Assembly (NCBI RefSeq): GCF_963921235.1
Contig: NC_086109.1
Location: forward strand, 14,262,001 to 14,326,000
DNA length: 64,000 nucleotides
From: Mobula hypostoma
Lineage: Eukaryota
Direction of reading: 5' to 3'
The position numbers and the translations under genes are program-made. This document shows positions 25,929 to 39,485 of the stretch, in pieces. Within the stretch, counting starts at the first letter, position 1. Each line of letters begins with the position of its first letter. Under the pieces are notes generated by a model, which saw only the letters and a program-made list of their open reading frames with translations, did not search any database and was not told where the DNA came from.

Positions 25929-28900
25929 AACATAGAAACATAGAAAAATAGAAAACATAGAAAAGTAGGTGCAGGAGTAGGCCATTCGGCCCTTCGAACC
26001 TGCACCGCCATTTATTATGATCATGGCTGATCATCCAACTCAGAACCCCGCCCCAGCCTTCCCTCCATACCCCCTGACCCCTGTAGCCACAAGGGCCATA
26101 TCTAACTCCCTCTTAAATATAGCCAATGAACTGGCCTCAACTGTTTCCTGTGGCAGAGAATTCCACAGATTCACCACTCTCTGTATGAAGACGTTTTTCC
26201 TAATCTCGGTCCTAAAACGCTTCCCCTTTATCCTCAAACTGTGACCCCTTGTTCTGGACTTCCCCAACATCGGAAACAATCTTCCTGCATCTAGTCTGTC
26301 CAATCCCTTTAGGATTTTATACGTTTCAATCAGATCCCCCCTCAATCTTCTAAATTCCAACGAGTACAAGCCCAGTTCATCCAGTCTTTCTTCATATGAA
26401 AGTCCTGCCATCCCAGGAATCAATCTGGTGAACCTTCTTTGTACTCCCTCTATGGCAAGGATGTCTTTCCTCAGATTAGGGGACCAACACTGCACACAAT
26501 ACTCCAGGTGTGGTCTCACCAAGGCCTTGTACAACTGCAGTAGTACCTCCCTGCTCCTGTACTCGAATCCTCTCGCTATAAATGCCAGCATACCATTCGC
26601 CTTTTTCACCGCCTGCTGTACCTGCATGCCCACTTTCAATGACTGGTGTATAATGACACCCAGGTCTCATTGCACCTCCCCCTTTCCTAATCGGCCACCA
26701 TTCAGATAATAATCTGTTTTTCTATTTTTGCCACCAAAGTGGATAACTTCACATTTATCCACATTAAATTGCATCTGCCATGAATTTGAACACTCACTCA
26801 ACCTATCCAAGTCACTCTGCATCCTCTTAGCATCCTCCTCACAGTTAACACTGCCACCCAGCTTCGTGTCATCCGCAAACTTGGAGATGCTGCATTTAAT
26901 TCCCTCATCCAAGTCATTAATATATATTGTAAACAACTGGGGTCCCAGCACTGAGCCTTGCGGTACCCCACTAGTCACCGCCTGCCATTCTGAAAAGGTC
27001 CCGTTTATTCCCACTCTTTGCTTCCTGTCTGCTAACCAGTTCTCCATCCACATCAATACCTTACCCCCAATACCGCGTGCTTTAAGTTTGCACACTAATC
27101 TCCTATGTGGGACCTTGTCAAAAGCCTTTTGAAAATCCAAATATACAACATCCACTGGTTCTCCCCTATCCACTCTACTAATTACATCCTCAAAAAATTC
27201 TATGAGATTCGTCAGACATGATTTTCCTTTCACAAATCCATGCTGACTTTGTCCAATGATTTCACCACTTTCCAAATGTACTGTTACCACATCTTTGATA
27301 ACTGACTCCAGCAGTTTCCCCACCACCGACGTTAGGCTAACCGGTCTATAATTCCCCGGTTTCTCTCTCCCTCCTTTTTTAAAAAGCGTGGTTACATTAG
27401 CCACCCTCCAATCCTCAGGAACTTGTCCAGAATGTAACGAGTTTTGAAAAATTATCACTAATGCATCCACTATTTCTTGGGCTACTTCCTTAAGCACTCT
27501 AGGATGCAGACCATCTGGCCCTGGGGATTTATCTGCCTTCAATCCCTTCAATTTACCTAACACCACTTCCCTACTAACATGTATTTCGCTCAGTTCCTCC
27601 ATCTCACTGGACCCTCTGTCCCTTACTATTTCTGGAAGATTATTTATGTCCTCCTTAGTGAAGACAGAACCAAAGTAATTATTCAATAGGTCTGCCATGT
27701 CCTTGCTCCCCATAATCAATTCACCTGTTTCTGTCTGTAGGGGACTTACATTTGTCTTTACCAGTCTTTTCCTTTTTACATATCTATAAAAGCTTTTACA
27801 GTCAGTTTTTATGTTCCATGCCAGTTTTCTCTCATAATCTTCTTCCCCTTCCTAATTAAGCCCTTTGTCCTCCTCTGCTGAACTCTGAATTTCTCCCAGT
27901 CCTCAGGTGAGCCACTTTCTCTGGCTAATTTGTATGCTTCTTCTTTGGAATTGATACTATCCCTAATTTCCCTTGTCAGCCACGGGTGCACTACCTTCCT
28001 TGATTTATTCTTTTGCCAAACTGGGATGAACAATTGTTGTAGTTCATCCATGCAACCTTTAAATGCTTGCCATTGCATATCCACCGTCAATCCTTTAAGT
28101 GTCATTTGCCAGTCTATCTTAGCTAATTCACGTCTCATACCTTCAAAGTTACCCCTCTTTAAGTTCAGAACCTTTGTTTCTGAATTAACTATGTCACTCT
28201 CCATCTTAATGAAGAATTCCACCATATTATGGTCACTCTTACCCAAGGGGCCTCTCACGACAAGATTGCTAATTAACCCTTCCTCATTGCTCAAAACCCA
28301 GTCCAGAATAGCCTGCTCGCTAGTTGGTTCCTCGACATGTTGGTTCAAAAAACCATCCCTCATACATTCCAAGAAATCCTCTTCCTCAGCACCTTTACCA
28401 ATTTGGTTCACCCAATCTACATGTAGATTGAAGTCACCCATTATAACTGCTGTTCCTTTATTGCACACATTTCTAATTTCCATTTTAATACCATCTCTGA
28501 CCTCACTACTACAGTTAGGTGGCCTGTACACAACTCCCACCAGCGTCTTCTGCCCCTTAGTGTTACGCAGCTCTACCCATATCGATTCCACATCTTCCCG
28601 GCTTATGTCCTTCCTTCCTATTGCGTTAATCTCTTCTTTAACCAGCAATGCCACCCCACCTCCCCTTCCTTCATGTCTATCCCTCCTGAATATTGAATAT
28701 CCCTGAACGTTGAGCTCCCATCCTTGGTCACCCTGGAGCCATGTCTCTGTGATCCCAACTATATCATAATCATTAATAACAATCTGCACTTTCAATTCAT
28801 CCACCTTATTACGAATGCTCCTTGCATTGACACACAAAGCCTTCAGGCACTCTTTTACAACTCTCTTAGCCCTTATACAATTATGTTGAAAAGTGGCCCT

Positions 28901-29777
28901 TTTTAATGCTTGCCCTGGATTTGTCGGCCTGCCACTTTTACTTTTCTCCTTACTACTTTTTGCTTCTACCCTCACTTTACACCCCTCTGTCTCTCTGCAC
29001 TGGTTCCCATCCCCCTGTTGTGAACTAACCTCCTCACGCCTAGCCTCTTTAATTTGATTCCCACCCCCCAACCATTCTAGTTTAAAGTCACCTCAGTAGC
29101 CCTCGCTAATCTCCCTGCCAGGATATTGGTTCCCCTAGGATTCAAGTGTAACCCGTCCTTTTTGTACAGGTCACACCTGCGCCAAAAGAGGTCCCAATGA
29201 TCCAAAAACTTGAATCCCTGCCCCCTGCTCCAATCTCTCAGCCACGCATTTATCCTCCACCTCATCGCATTCCTACTCTCACTGTCGCGTGGCACAGGCA
29301 GTAATCCCGAGATTACTACCTTTGCGGTCCTTTTTCTCAACTCCCTTCCTAGCTCCCTATATTCTCCTTTCAGGACCTCATCCCTTTTCCTACCTATGTC
29401 ATTGGTACCAATATGTACCACGACCTCTGGCTCCTCACCCTCCCACTTCAGGATATCTTGGACACGATCAGAAATATCCCGGACCCTGGCACCAGGGAGG
29501 CAAACTACCATCCGGGTCTCTGGACTGCGTCCACAGAATCACCTATCTGACCCCCTTACTATTGAGTCCCGTATCACAACTGCCCTCCTCTTCCTTGCCC
29601 TACCCTTCTGAGCTACAGGGCCAGACTCTGTGCCGGAGGCACGGCCACTGTCGCTTCCCCCAGGTAAGCTGTCCCCCACAACAGTACTCAAACAGGAGTA
29701 CCTATTGTTAAGGGACACAGCCACCGGGGTACTCCCTATTACCTGACTCTTCCCCTTCCCCCTCCTAACCGTGACCT
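25929..29777 (-). mobile_element. Young CR1 LINE: ORF1 SGNH esterase + ORF2 APE endonuclease/RT
   Basis: ORF1 29077-29724 (VHIGTNDIG, DGLHLN); ORF2 pieces 27809-29071 (GITETWL, MGDFN, GKSDHN), 26667-27719 (PQGSVLGP, KFADDTK), 26040-26639; tail (tttctatg)n at 25929-25963. Confidence 0.95.
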
Positions 29778-31269
29778 AAACAAAGAAATAAGTAGACAAA
29801 TTGAGTGATTTCATGCATGATTACTACAAAAATATACTCATTGGTCTTGATTCTCTGTAAAATACAAAACTTCATTGTCAGATACATTCAAACATGCCAA
29901 ATTAGGAATCCAGATGAAAGGAACCACATTTCTGATACATAACTAATAATCTGTCACAGACACAGTCGCTGAGCATATGATCTCATACATCTGTTTAGGA
30001 TAGCTAATGTTTGCAAATGTTAACTATTTTTTGCATATTTATTGACAAGATGAAAACAAAAGAGCCTTCGTCTATCTTGGTTGAAATAAGCACTTTTCTG
30101 CTTAGGTAGATATATTTAAGCTTACACCCATGAACATCACCTACTCTGCAAGTTGCTTTCTAACGCAAGGTTTCCTTAATGCTATTGCAGTCATGATTAA
30201 ACTGAGATGGAACACCTATTCCTGACTCAAGACATCCCAAGATGATTCATGCCCAATTAAATGCATTTAGAACTGTAATTTTTCCTGTAGTATAGGAGGG
30301 CAGCCGGCGGCCTCATACCCATGTGAGATAGGGGCATGCCTGTCCTAGTTTAACTCAGCTCCGGCGGTCTAGGCGGGTGAGATCCAATGGCCGTGAAGGC
30401 AGATCTGCAAGGCTGCACGGAGAGCGAAGGGTATGACAAGGAACAGAGTGCATCACGGTGAACCACTGCAACCGAGGATCCGAGTCCATGACGCTTATTA
30501 ATATCGCTGGACCCAGACTTCTGATGTTGAGAGAGTGGAACGGCTCCAGCACAATGGCTTTTCCATTTTAAAAACTCTCGTCAGACATGATGGACAACCA
30601 CCATAAGAAGACGTAGCATTTTACTTGAAACACTAGAGTCTGAAATGGTGAATGTGAAACTTCTGGATCATCATAACAAAAAGCCCTGGTTTACTGATGT
30701 CCCTCAGGAAAGGAGTCTGCTCACCCTAACCCAATCTGGATAAGCTTACTCATGATGTCACATCTATCATTGTAATTTCGGCGTATCTTAACTACACCTG
30801 AAATGGCTCAGCAAGATATTAAAGCCCAAGTAGGGGTTGGGGAATGTAACAATAAATGTGAGGCAGCGCAGTAGCGTAGTGGTTAGCCTAGTGCTTGGGT
30901 TCAATTCCGCCGCTGTCTGTAAGGAGTCTGTACGCTCTCCCCGTGGCGACATGGGTTTCCTCCAGGTGCTCCAGTTTCCTCCCACATTCCAAAAATGGAC
31001 GGGTTCGTAGATTAATTGGTCACATGGGTGTATTTGGGTGGTGTGGACTTGTTGGGCAGGAGGGCCTGTCCCATGCTATATCTCTAAATACATAAATAAA
31101 TGAAGGCCTTCTTTTCAATCTCAAACATCTTATAAAAATATTAGCACCACTCACAACACACTGGAGGAACTCAGCAGGTCAGGCAGCATCCTCCAGCGTG
31201 TTGTGAGTGTTGCTTTGATCCCAGCACCTGCAGATTATTTTGTGATTACTATAACAGTAACTATACTTG

Positions 31270-32320
31270 TACATCATTTAACGTACAAAGTATTCTTTCC
31301 TAGATAAGATGCCCAAAACTGCTCACAGTACTCCAAGTGCGGTTTGACCAATGCTGTATAAAGCCTCAGCTTTTAGATAAAAGCATCCTTTCTTTTATAT
31401 TCTAGTCCTCTTGAAATGAATGCTAACATTGCATTGCCTTCCTTACTACCGATGCAACCTGCTTTATCCTTTCAGGAATCCTGCACTAAGACTCCTAAGT
31501 CCCTTTGCGCCACCCTCTACCATTTAGTTTAAAGCCTTATCCACTACCCTAGTTACACGATTTGCCACTGGTTCCAGTGTAGTTCAGATGAAGACCGCCC
31601 CATTGGAACAGTTCCATCCTTCCCTAATACTGGTGCCAATGACCCAAAGATACAAACCCACTTCTCCCAAACCATGCTTTCCGCCACACATTTAACTCCC
31701 TAGGCGTATCGACCCTGTGCCAGTTTGCTTGTGGCTCAGGTTACAAACCGGAGACTATTACCTTTTTGTTTCTGTGTTTTAATTTAGTCCCTAGCTGCTC
31801 AATTTCCCTCAGCAGAACTTCTTTCCTTTTCTACCTACGTTGTTGGTACCCACTTGGATCAAAGTTATTGCATCTTACCCCTCCCACTTCTAATTCCTCT
31901 GCAGTTCAGATGAGATGTCCCGAACCCAAGCACCTGACAGACAACACAACCTTTGGGACTCTTGATATTTGTGGTAGAGAAATGTGTCTATTCCCCTTTC
32001 TATACTATCCCTAATTACAATTACATTTCCCTTGTCTCTCCCCCGTCGTGAATGGTTTCATTGTACCACAGTCTGGTTGCTCATCCTTCCTATAGCCCCC
32101 ACTCTCACCCACACAGGGGGCAAGAATCTCAGATCTGTTGGAAGAGTTCGAAGGCTGAGGCTCCTCCAGTACTATCTCTTGGATCCCCCTCCTCTCCTTA
32201 CTCACACTCATACCCTCTTGTCCTGAACGCAGACTGAATTTGAGGCAGCTAATCTAATGGCTGTGCCTGCTGCCAGATACACAGTCTCCGGGTAACCCTC
32301 CCCCTCCCAGATGTGCCACA
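31270..32320 (-). mobile_element. Heavily decayed, internally deleted CR1
   Basis: RT C-terminal remnant (31300-31500) abutting an ORF1 remnant (SNRSEILAPCVGE), similar to the other CR1 copies. Confidence 0.65.
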
Positions 32321-32709
32321 GTGTTCAAACCACAGATTCAGAATCAGCATTGGGCTTATTATCTCAAACATTAGAAATCTGCAGATGCTGGAAATCCAAA
32401 GCCATGCTCACAAAGTGCTAGAGGAGCTCAGCAGGTCAGGTGGCATCTACAGAAAAGAGGAAACAATTGACATTTTGGGCCGAGAAGAAGGCTTTCCACC
32501 CGGAATGTCGACTGTTTACTCTTTTCCATAGATCTGGCCTGGCCTGCTGAGTTCCTCCAGCATTTTGTCTGTCTTGCTTTGGGTTTATTATTACCATCTT
32601 ATATGATTTTTTTGTGGCAGCAGTACAGTACAAAAATATAAAATTACTATCATTTCCAGAATAAACGTAGTGCATAAAAACAGAATAATGAAATAACGTT
32701 AATGGATTC

Positions 32710-34400
32710 TGTAATATATGGATCTATTTATTTTAGAGCAATGACCCCCTTTAGCACTAGGTGTCGATCTGTGTCTGTGTATGTGCTGTTGTCTACACAT
32801 GTGTATTCTCTCTCTCTCTCACTGCAATGGGAATACACCAGTTAAAGCCATCTCTTGCATGCGTGCCTTTATTTAATATATAAGTAGGTGTGCACGGACA
32901 CAACAAGTTGGCGATGAGTGCAAACCTGAATGTCAGAAAATATATTGAACTGCACCGACAGCTACGGGACGAAACAGTAAGAGTTAAACAGCACAAGAAA
33001 GCTGGGGGACCCATGAATAACAGTGAAAGACACGCTGAATTTAAAGCGAAGAAATGCGGCGATGGTTTCAGTTGGGAAAGTTGACGAATTTGATAGCGAT
33101 ATTGAAGGCTGGGAGTCGTATCTCTAGAAAGCTGAAGAATATTGTAACACAAACAACATGGAGGAGCAAAAGAAAGCCCCTACATTCCTTAGCTTATTGG
33201 GTGCAAGGGTGTCCAGTCTGTTACGCAACCTAGTAACCCCTGAAAAGACAGCAAGCAAGACATCTAATGAAATTGTTAAAGTTTTACAAAATCACTTGAG
33301 CCCTAAACTGCTGGCAATAGCTGAGAGATTTAGATTTTACAAAAGGAACTAGTCAAAAGATAAAAGCCTTTCTGAATACATTGCAGAACTGTGCAAACTT
33401 TTCCAGCACTGTGACTTTAGAGATGGACTTACTGAAGCATTAAGGGACAGGCTGGTATGTGGCATGCTTGGTCAAAGCACTCAAAAGAGGTAACTGTCTG
33501 AAAGAGACCTAACACTAGAACGGGCATTGACTATTTCAATATCGTTAGAGACTGCAGCAAAGGATGCAGCAGAATTACAGAAAAGGAGGTTAGAATGTGA
33601 AATGCACAAAATGTCCCTGAATGGCGCAAAAAGCCAAAGACGTTGTCAATGTGGCAAATCCTCCCATGATGCAAATGACTATTGGCTCAAAGAAATATCT
33701 GCAGAAAGTGTCACAGACAAGGTTACATAGAGAGAGTGTGTAAGGCAGACAAAAATAACAGCCGAGTGGAAAGTCTCAAACACAAAACTAAGCAAAAGCA
33801 TAAAGTGACTGAATGTGAAACAGAATCAGACAATATAGAGTCTGGCAAAGGTGAGCTGTTATGTCTAGAATTGCATAGTATTACTAAAGCAGATCACAAA
33901 ATCATATGGATCACAATAGATGTCTTTGGTGCCAAACTGAAAATGGAACTGGAAGCAGGGTCAACTTTGTCTATAATTTCAGAGGATGACTGTTTTCTGA
34001 GATGCCATTAGAGACTTCAGTGATGCTAAGGACTTACACAGGTGAAAATGTGTCCCCCAAAGGCAAACTGCAAGTAAAAGTGATGTATGGAGACCAAACA
34101 CAACGTTTAGAGTTTTATGTATTGAAAAGTGGAGGTCCAGCACTTTTCAGATGTGAATGGTTGAGAAAAATCCAACTAGACTAGTGCTCAGTCTAAGCTC
34201 TCAGTGTGGCATCACCAGGCAATGGCAGCCCAGTGGTAGCACTAACCAGAGACTGGAACAGCTGATTAATGCTAATGAGAAGAAGTTTGAGAAAGGGATT
34301 GGCAAACTCAAAGGCCTGAAGGCTAGAACTGAACTGGATGAAGCAGCAACATTGAGATACAATAAAGCACATCCAGTGCCTTACATCACTTGCTGCAGAA
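32710..34400 (+). mobile_element. Decayed Gypsy-type LTR retrotransposon (5' LTR, PBS, gag, protease)
   Basis: Putative LTR tgtaat...caaca (32710-32905) then PBS-like tggcgatgag; gag pieces (FLSLLG, AERFRFYKRN), degenerate zinc knuckles (CGKSSH, CRKCHRQGYIERVC), degenerate protease MELEAGSTLSII; truncated before RT. Confidence 0.8.
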
Positions 34401-35422
34401 GTGGTCACCAGGGACCACAATAGGGTCCACCAGCTCCCACATCATATAACTTCAGCACATCACCTGATCCTACCCTACTTGATTTAATTAGCTGTAATTG
34501 GTGTCTTTTTATATTATTCCTATTAAATAAAAGGTTGGCACGGTAACATAGCAGTTAGTGTAATGGTGTTACACCACCAGCAATCAGTGACTGGGATTCA
34601 ATTCCCCAACGCTGTCTTTGAGGAGTTTCTTTGTTCTCAACCATAGCCACATAGGTTTCCTCCAGGTGTTCAAGTTTTCCTCTCACACTCCATAAATGTA
34701 AGAGTTATGGTTAGTAAGTTGTATTCATGCTCTGTTGCCATTGGAAACATACCAACATTTGTGGGCTGCCCCCAGAATATAGTTGGATGGTGTTCGTCTT
34801 TGACGCAAATGATGCCTTTTACTGCATGTTTCTCCTATGGACTCGCTTTCAAAGACTCTTCATCTCATGTTCTCGATATTTATTGCTTATTTATTTTTTA
34901 ATATTGTTATTTTTCTTTCTTTTGTATTTGCATAGTTTGTTGTTTTCTGCACCTTGGCTGTCTGCCCTGTTGGTGCAGTCTTTCACTGATTCTATTATGG
35001 TTATTGGATTTATATGGTATGCCTGCAAGAAAATGTATCTGTGGGTTGTATATGGTGACATGTATGTACTTTGGTAATTTACTTTGAACTGTGAACTTTG
35101 ATGTGACAAATAAAAGCTAATTTTTTATCCTTAAGTTTAATCTTTATGTTGTCAGTAACCTTGTTTAAGTCTCAACTACAAGCTCACTAAACAATTAATC
35201 CATTTGAGTAGTTTAAAGATTAAGGGTCTCACTTGGTTTCCCTCTCCCCCGAAAGCCTCAAAGAGCCAGTCCTCCAATAGCTGCTCAATTTGTGCTTACC
35301 ATTACATGTATACTCCCCAGTATTAATCACTCATGTCCGGACTGGGATTCAAATCCAATGTCTTCTGAAGCAAAGATACAGAAAGCAGCTCACAAACTAA
35401 CAATGACCAATGCAATCCTTAC

Positions 35423-35567
35423 CTCTCCCTCTGCCAATGACGTGGCCCCAATGGCATTGATTAGGGTTGAGACAGAAGCTGCCGGCCCAGTGATGTAGGA
35501 GGAACCAGTGTCGACAACGGCCACACACCCTTCACTGCACAGTGTTAGCTCCCCATCGATGGAAATT
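35423..35567 (-). CDS. ren: Renin exon 7 (second catalytic Asp, DTGS)
   Basis: Translates (G)ISIDGELTLCSEGCVAVVDTGSSYITGPAASVSTLINAIGATSLAEGE; acceptor gtcctccag, donor gtaagg; 145 bp, phase 2/0. Confidence 0.93.
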
Positions 35568-36521
35568 CTGGAGGACAAAAGGAAAACAGAGATGGATGCC
35601 GTGCAACTTCCCGTCTACTAAAGATGATACAGTGAAAGTCCACATACTTTTAATACTGTCAGCAATTAAGGAATTCAGAAGGTGGATCGGTGGTTTATGG
35701 AGGACTCTGCCATTCATTTATTTGTGCTTCTGGTTACTCCCTCTTTTATTGCTATTTTGTGAGATTTTGACTGGGGCAGGATGGTTCCACGGCCTGCAGT
35801 CAATGTACAGCAGCGCTAAATTGAACATTCCTGTTTCAAGGATTCTGCAGTTTGATGTTTAATATTCTGTGTGTTTGCTTATTTTTTTTTGCCTTTTGCA
35901 CGATTTGTTCTTTTTTTAAACACGTAGTGTGTTCGATGTTTTCTTTGAACGGGTTCAATGGTGTTTCTTTGTTTTGTTTTTGCCTGCAGAAAGATGACTC
36001 TCAGGGTTGTATACTGCATACATGCTTTGAATGTACTTCGAATCTTTGAATGTGCAGTCTGAAAACATTTCTTCACTACAATGTCCCTATAATTACTAAC
36101 AAGAGCAAAGAGAGGGTTGAAAGATTTAATGTGGTTAACACTATGCTTGTTGGATTTGGCTGACAAGGTAAATGAGATAGTTGCTATGTGCTGTACATAT
36201 AAGTAATTAGTGGGGGAGGGGGGAGGTAGCGGCAATCAAGCTAAGAATGACCAACACTGCAATGCCATTCTCTCTGTTCAATGCAATTATCCACATTCAG
36301 TGTACTACTCAACCCTGTCATATATTGTGTTCTAGTTAGCTATTGGTTTAGCCATCCTGGACAAATGACTGAGAGCAATGAGTTCAAATCTCGCCATGTC
36401 CAGTGAAATATGTGAACTTACTAGTTCCAATTTTAAAATATGGCAACGACAAATCCACTGCATTGTCATAAAAACCTGTCAGTTTGCTCACATACTTTAG
36501 GAAATTTATCTCCTATCCTTA

Positions 36522-39283
36522 AAGATTAACATCATGGGAATCAGCGAAGTTTGTTGGACAGGTGCTGGAACATGTCAGATTAGAACTAAAACACTAGTTT
36601 ATTCTTGTGGAACATCCCTTACTAATGGAGTAGGAATTCTTACGGATGAAAACATGGCAAAAAGTGTTTTAGGACATTGGGCAATATCAGAAAGAGTGCT
36701 CCATGGTAAATTCAGAGGACAACCATTTGATTTAGCAATTATACAGGTATATGCACCAACAACAGATGGAACAAATGAAGATAGAGATAAATTCTATGAA
36801 GAGCTTGAACAAGCAAAGAATGGATGCAAATCTCAAGATATTGTTATTGTCATGGGAGATCTAAATGCTAAAGTAGGACAAGATGCTGATGGAAATACCG
36901 TAGGAAAATTTGGACTAGGGTAAAGAAATGAAAGGGGTGAGAAATGGGTAGAATGGTGCAAGATGAATAATCAGGTCATTATGAATACCTACTTTAAAAC
37001 CCATCCAAGACGCTTGTGGACCTGGAAAAGTCCAGGTGATAACACTAGAAATCAAATTGACTTTATTACTATAAACCAAAGATTTAGAAATTCAGTGACT
37101 CAATGCAAAACATATCCAGGTGCAGACTGTAATAGTGACCATAACCCAGTATATGTCATGTAGAAATAAAACTTAAAAAACTACAGAAGCAAAAACCTGA
37201 ACAATCCCTTGATTACTTGCAATTAATTAAAAAAGAAAACTTCGGACAAAAATTTACAATTGAAGTAAGGAATAGATTTCAAAGTCTAGAAATAGAATCT
37301 GTGGAAGATGATAGCAATCATGTAGAAATGAAATTTAACTCTCTAAAGGATGCCTTGATAGAATCAGCAAAGTCAGTGATTCCTAAAAAAGAAAAAATCA
37401 CAAAGAATAAATGGATGACAGATGAAATCAAAAATCTAATGGAAGAAAGGAGATAGAAGAAAGCAAATCCTATAGAATAGAAGTCCTTAGATAAGAAAGT
37501 TAAAAGCTCATGTCAAAAAGCCAAAGAAGAATGGTTAAACCAGGAATGTGAGCAAATAGAAAGAATCCCTATTACTGATCCAAAAAGGTTTCATCAACAG
37601 AACCAGAATATCACTGGTAAAAAGCTCCTCTGTTCTTCAGGTGGATGTTTGAAAACAAAGGATGGTACCATTATCATGGAAAAAGATGAGATTATGAATA
37701 GATGGACTGAGTATATTCAGGAATTGTTTGAAGACGATTGAGGTGAAAAACCAGAAATTAAGAAAAACATTGAAGGTCCAAGTATTTTAAAATCTGAAGT
37801 TTGTAATGCAATAAATAAGATGAAGAAAGGAAAGGCAGCAGGTCCTGATGAATTAGTAATAGAACAAATTATCGCCCATGAAGATTCTGGAATTGAAAAA
37901 CTTACTGATTTAATCAAAGACATTTATGAGACTGGAATAATACCAGAAGAGATGAAAAAATCAGCATTATTCACTCTTCCTAAGAAAGCTGGAGCAATAG
38001 AATGTGAATTACATAGGGCCATAAGTTTAATGAGTCATATCACCAAGATACTTCTAAGAATTTTGATGACAAGAGCTGAAGATACAAGCTGAAATAGATA
38101 AAGAACAATGTGGTTTTGTGAAAGACAAAGGTACAAGAAACACAATATTGATGTTAAGGATGCTATCAGAATAAGCTATTCAAATGCAAAAAGATTCGTT
38201 TGTTTTATTGACTACACAAAAGTATTTGATAAAGTGAAGCACAATAAGTTATTTGAAATATTACAGAAAACTCTAGATCTAGATTTGAAAGACCTCTGCC
38301 TAATCAGAAACCTGTACTGGGAACAAACTACCGCTGTAAGAATAGATGGAGAAGTGAGTCAGTTTATGAAAATCAAGAGAAGCATTAGACAAGGGTGTGT
38401 TTTCTCCCCTGATTTATTTAATGTGTACAGTGAAACAATAGTACAAAAAATAAGAGAAATCTTGGGAACCAAAGTTGGCAGTGAAAATATCAATAATTTC
38501 AGATATGCAGATGACACTGTGTTAATTGCAAGTACAGAAGAAGAACTACAAAACTTAATTGATATAATTGTTGAAGAAAGTGCAAAAATGGGTCTATCTA
38601 TCAAGTGGAAAAAGACAATGTCTGGTGATATCTGAAAAGAAGGAGAATCCTATCTGCAGGCTGAGAATAAATGGGGAAGACATAAAACAAGTACAGAACT
38701 TTTGCTACTTAGGAAGCTGGGTGACATCAGGTGGCAGGTGCGACTTGGACATCAAAAGAAGAATAGGGATGGCAAAAGACACCTTTACGAGAATGAAGAG
38801 TATACTGACCAATACTAAACTAGGCATGACAACCCGCCTCAGAGTACTGAAATGTTACGTTTATCCAGTTATATTATATGGCTCAGAATGTTGGACAATA
38901 CCTAGTAACATGAGGAAATGAATTGTAGCAGCAGAGATGTGGTTTTTGAGGAGGATGCAAAGAATATCATGGACGAAATGTATATCTAAAGAGGATGTCA
39001 TGAACAGAGCAAATACAAAAAGAGAAATAATGTATGAGATCATGAAAAGGCAACGTAACTTCATTGGACATGTGATGAGGAAAGAGGAGTTAGAATGCAT
39101 GGTAATTATGGGAAAGATTGACGGGAAGAAAGCAAGAGGAAGACAAAGACAAATGATGATGGAGACAGCAGCCAGAGAACTGGAAATGTATACCAATGAA
39201 TTGATCCACTTGACCCGAAACAGGAGTGTGTGGGCCATGGCAGTCAAAGCTCAAACTGGGCATGGCACCTAATGATGATGATG
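36522..39283 (+). mobile_element. RTE-clade LINE, slightly 5'-truncated (copy 2)
   Basis: APE endonuclease (MGISEV, QVYAPT, MGDLNAKVG, SDHNPV) and RT (FRYADDTVL) fragments with stops; (GAT)n tail; 14-bp TSD atctcctatcctta at 36508-36521 and 39284-39297. Confidence 0.95.
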
Positions 39284-39410
39284 ATCTCCTATCCTTACTT
39301 GCTCGTCTTTACGTGATTCCTAACCGATGCAGCCATGTGGATGTACCTTCTGGTGGCCACTGAAAAGGCCCAGCCTGCATTTTAGTTCATGAGTGTTAAG
39401 ATAAATAATA

Positions 39411-39485
39411 CAGTATTGCGCAAAGGTCTTAGGTATATACATATATATATAGGGCTAGGGTGCCTAAGACTTTTGCACAGTCCTG
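39411..39485. mobile_element. Tc1/mariner-like hairpin mini-MITE
   Basis: cagtattgcgcaaaggtcttagg...cctaagacttttgcacagtcctg, self-complementary ends, TA on both sides. Confidence 0.75.

Noticed and set aside
27930..28706. 258-aa plus-strand ORF and similar antisense ORFs over LINEs
   Set aside because: Antisense shadows of CR1/RTE coding sequence.
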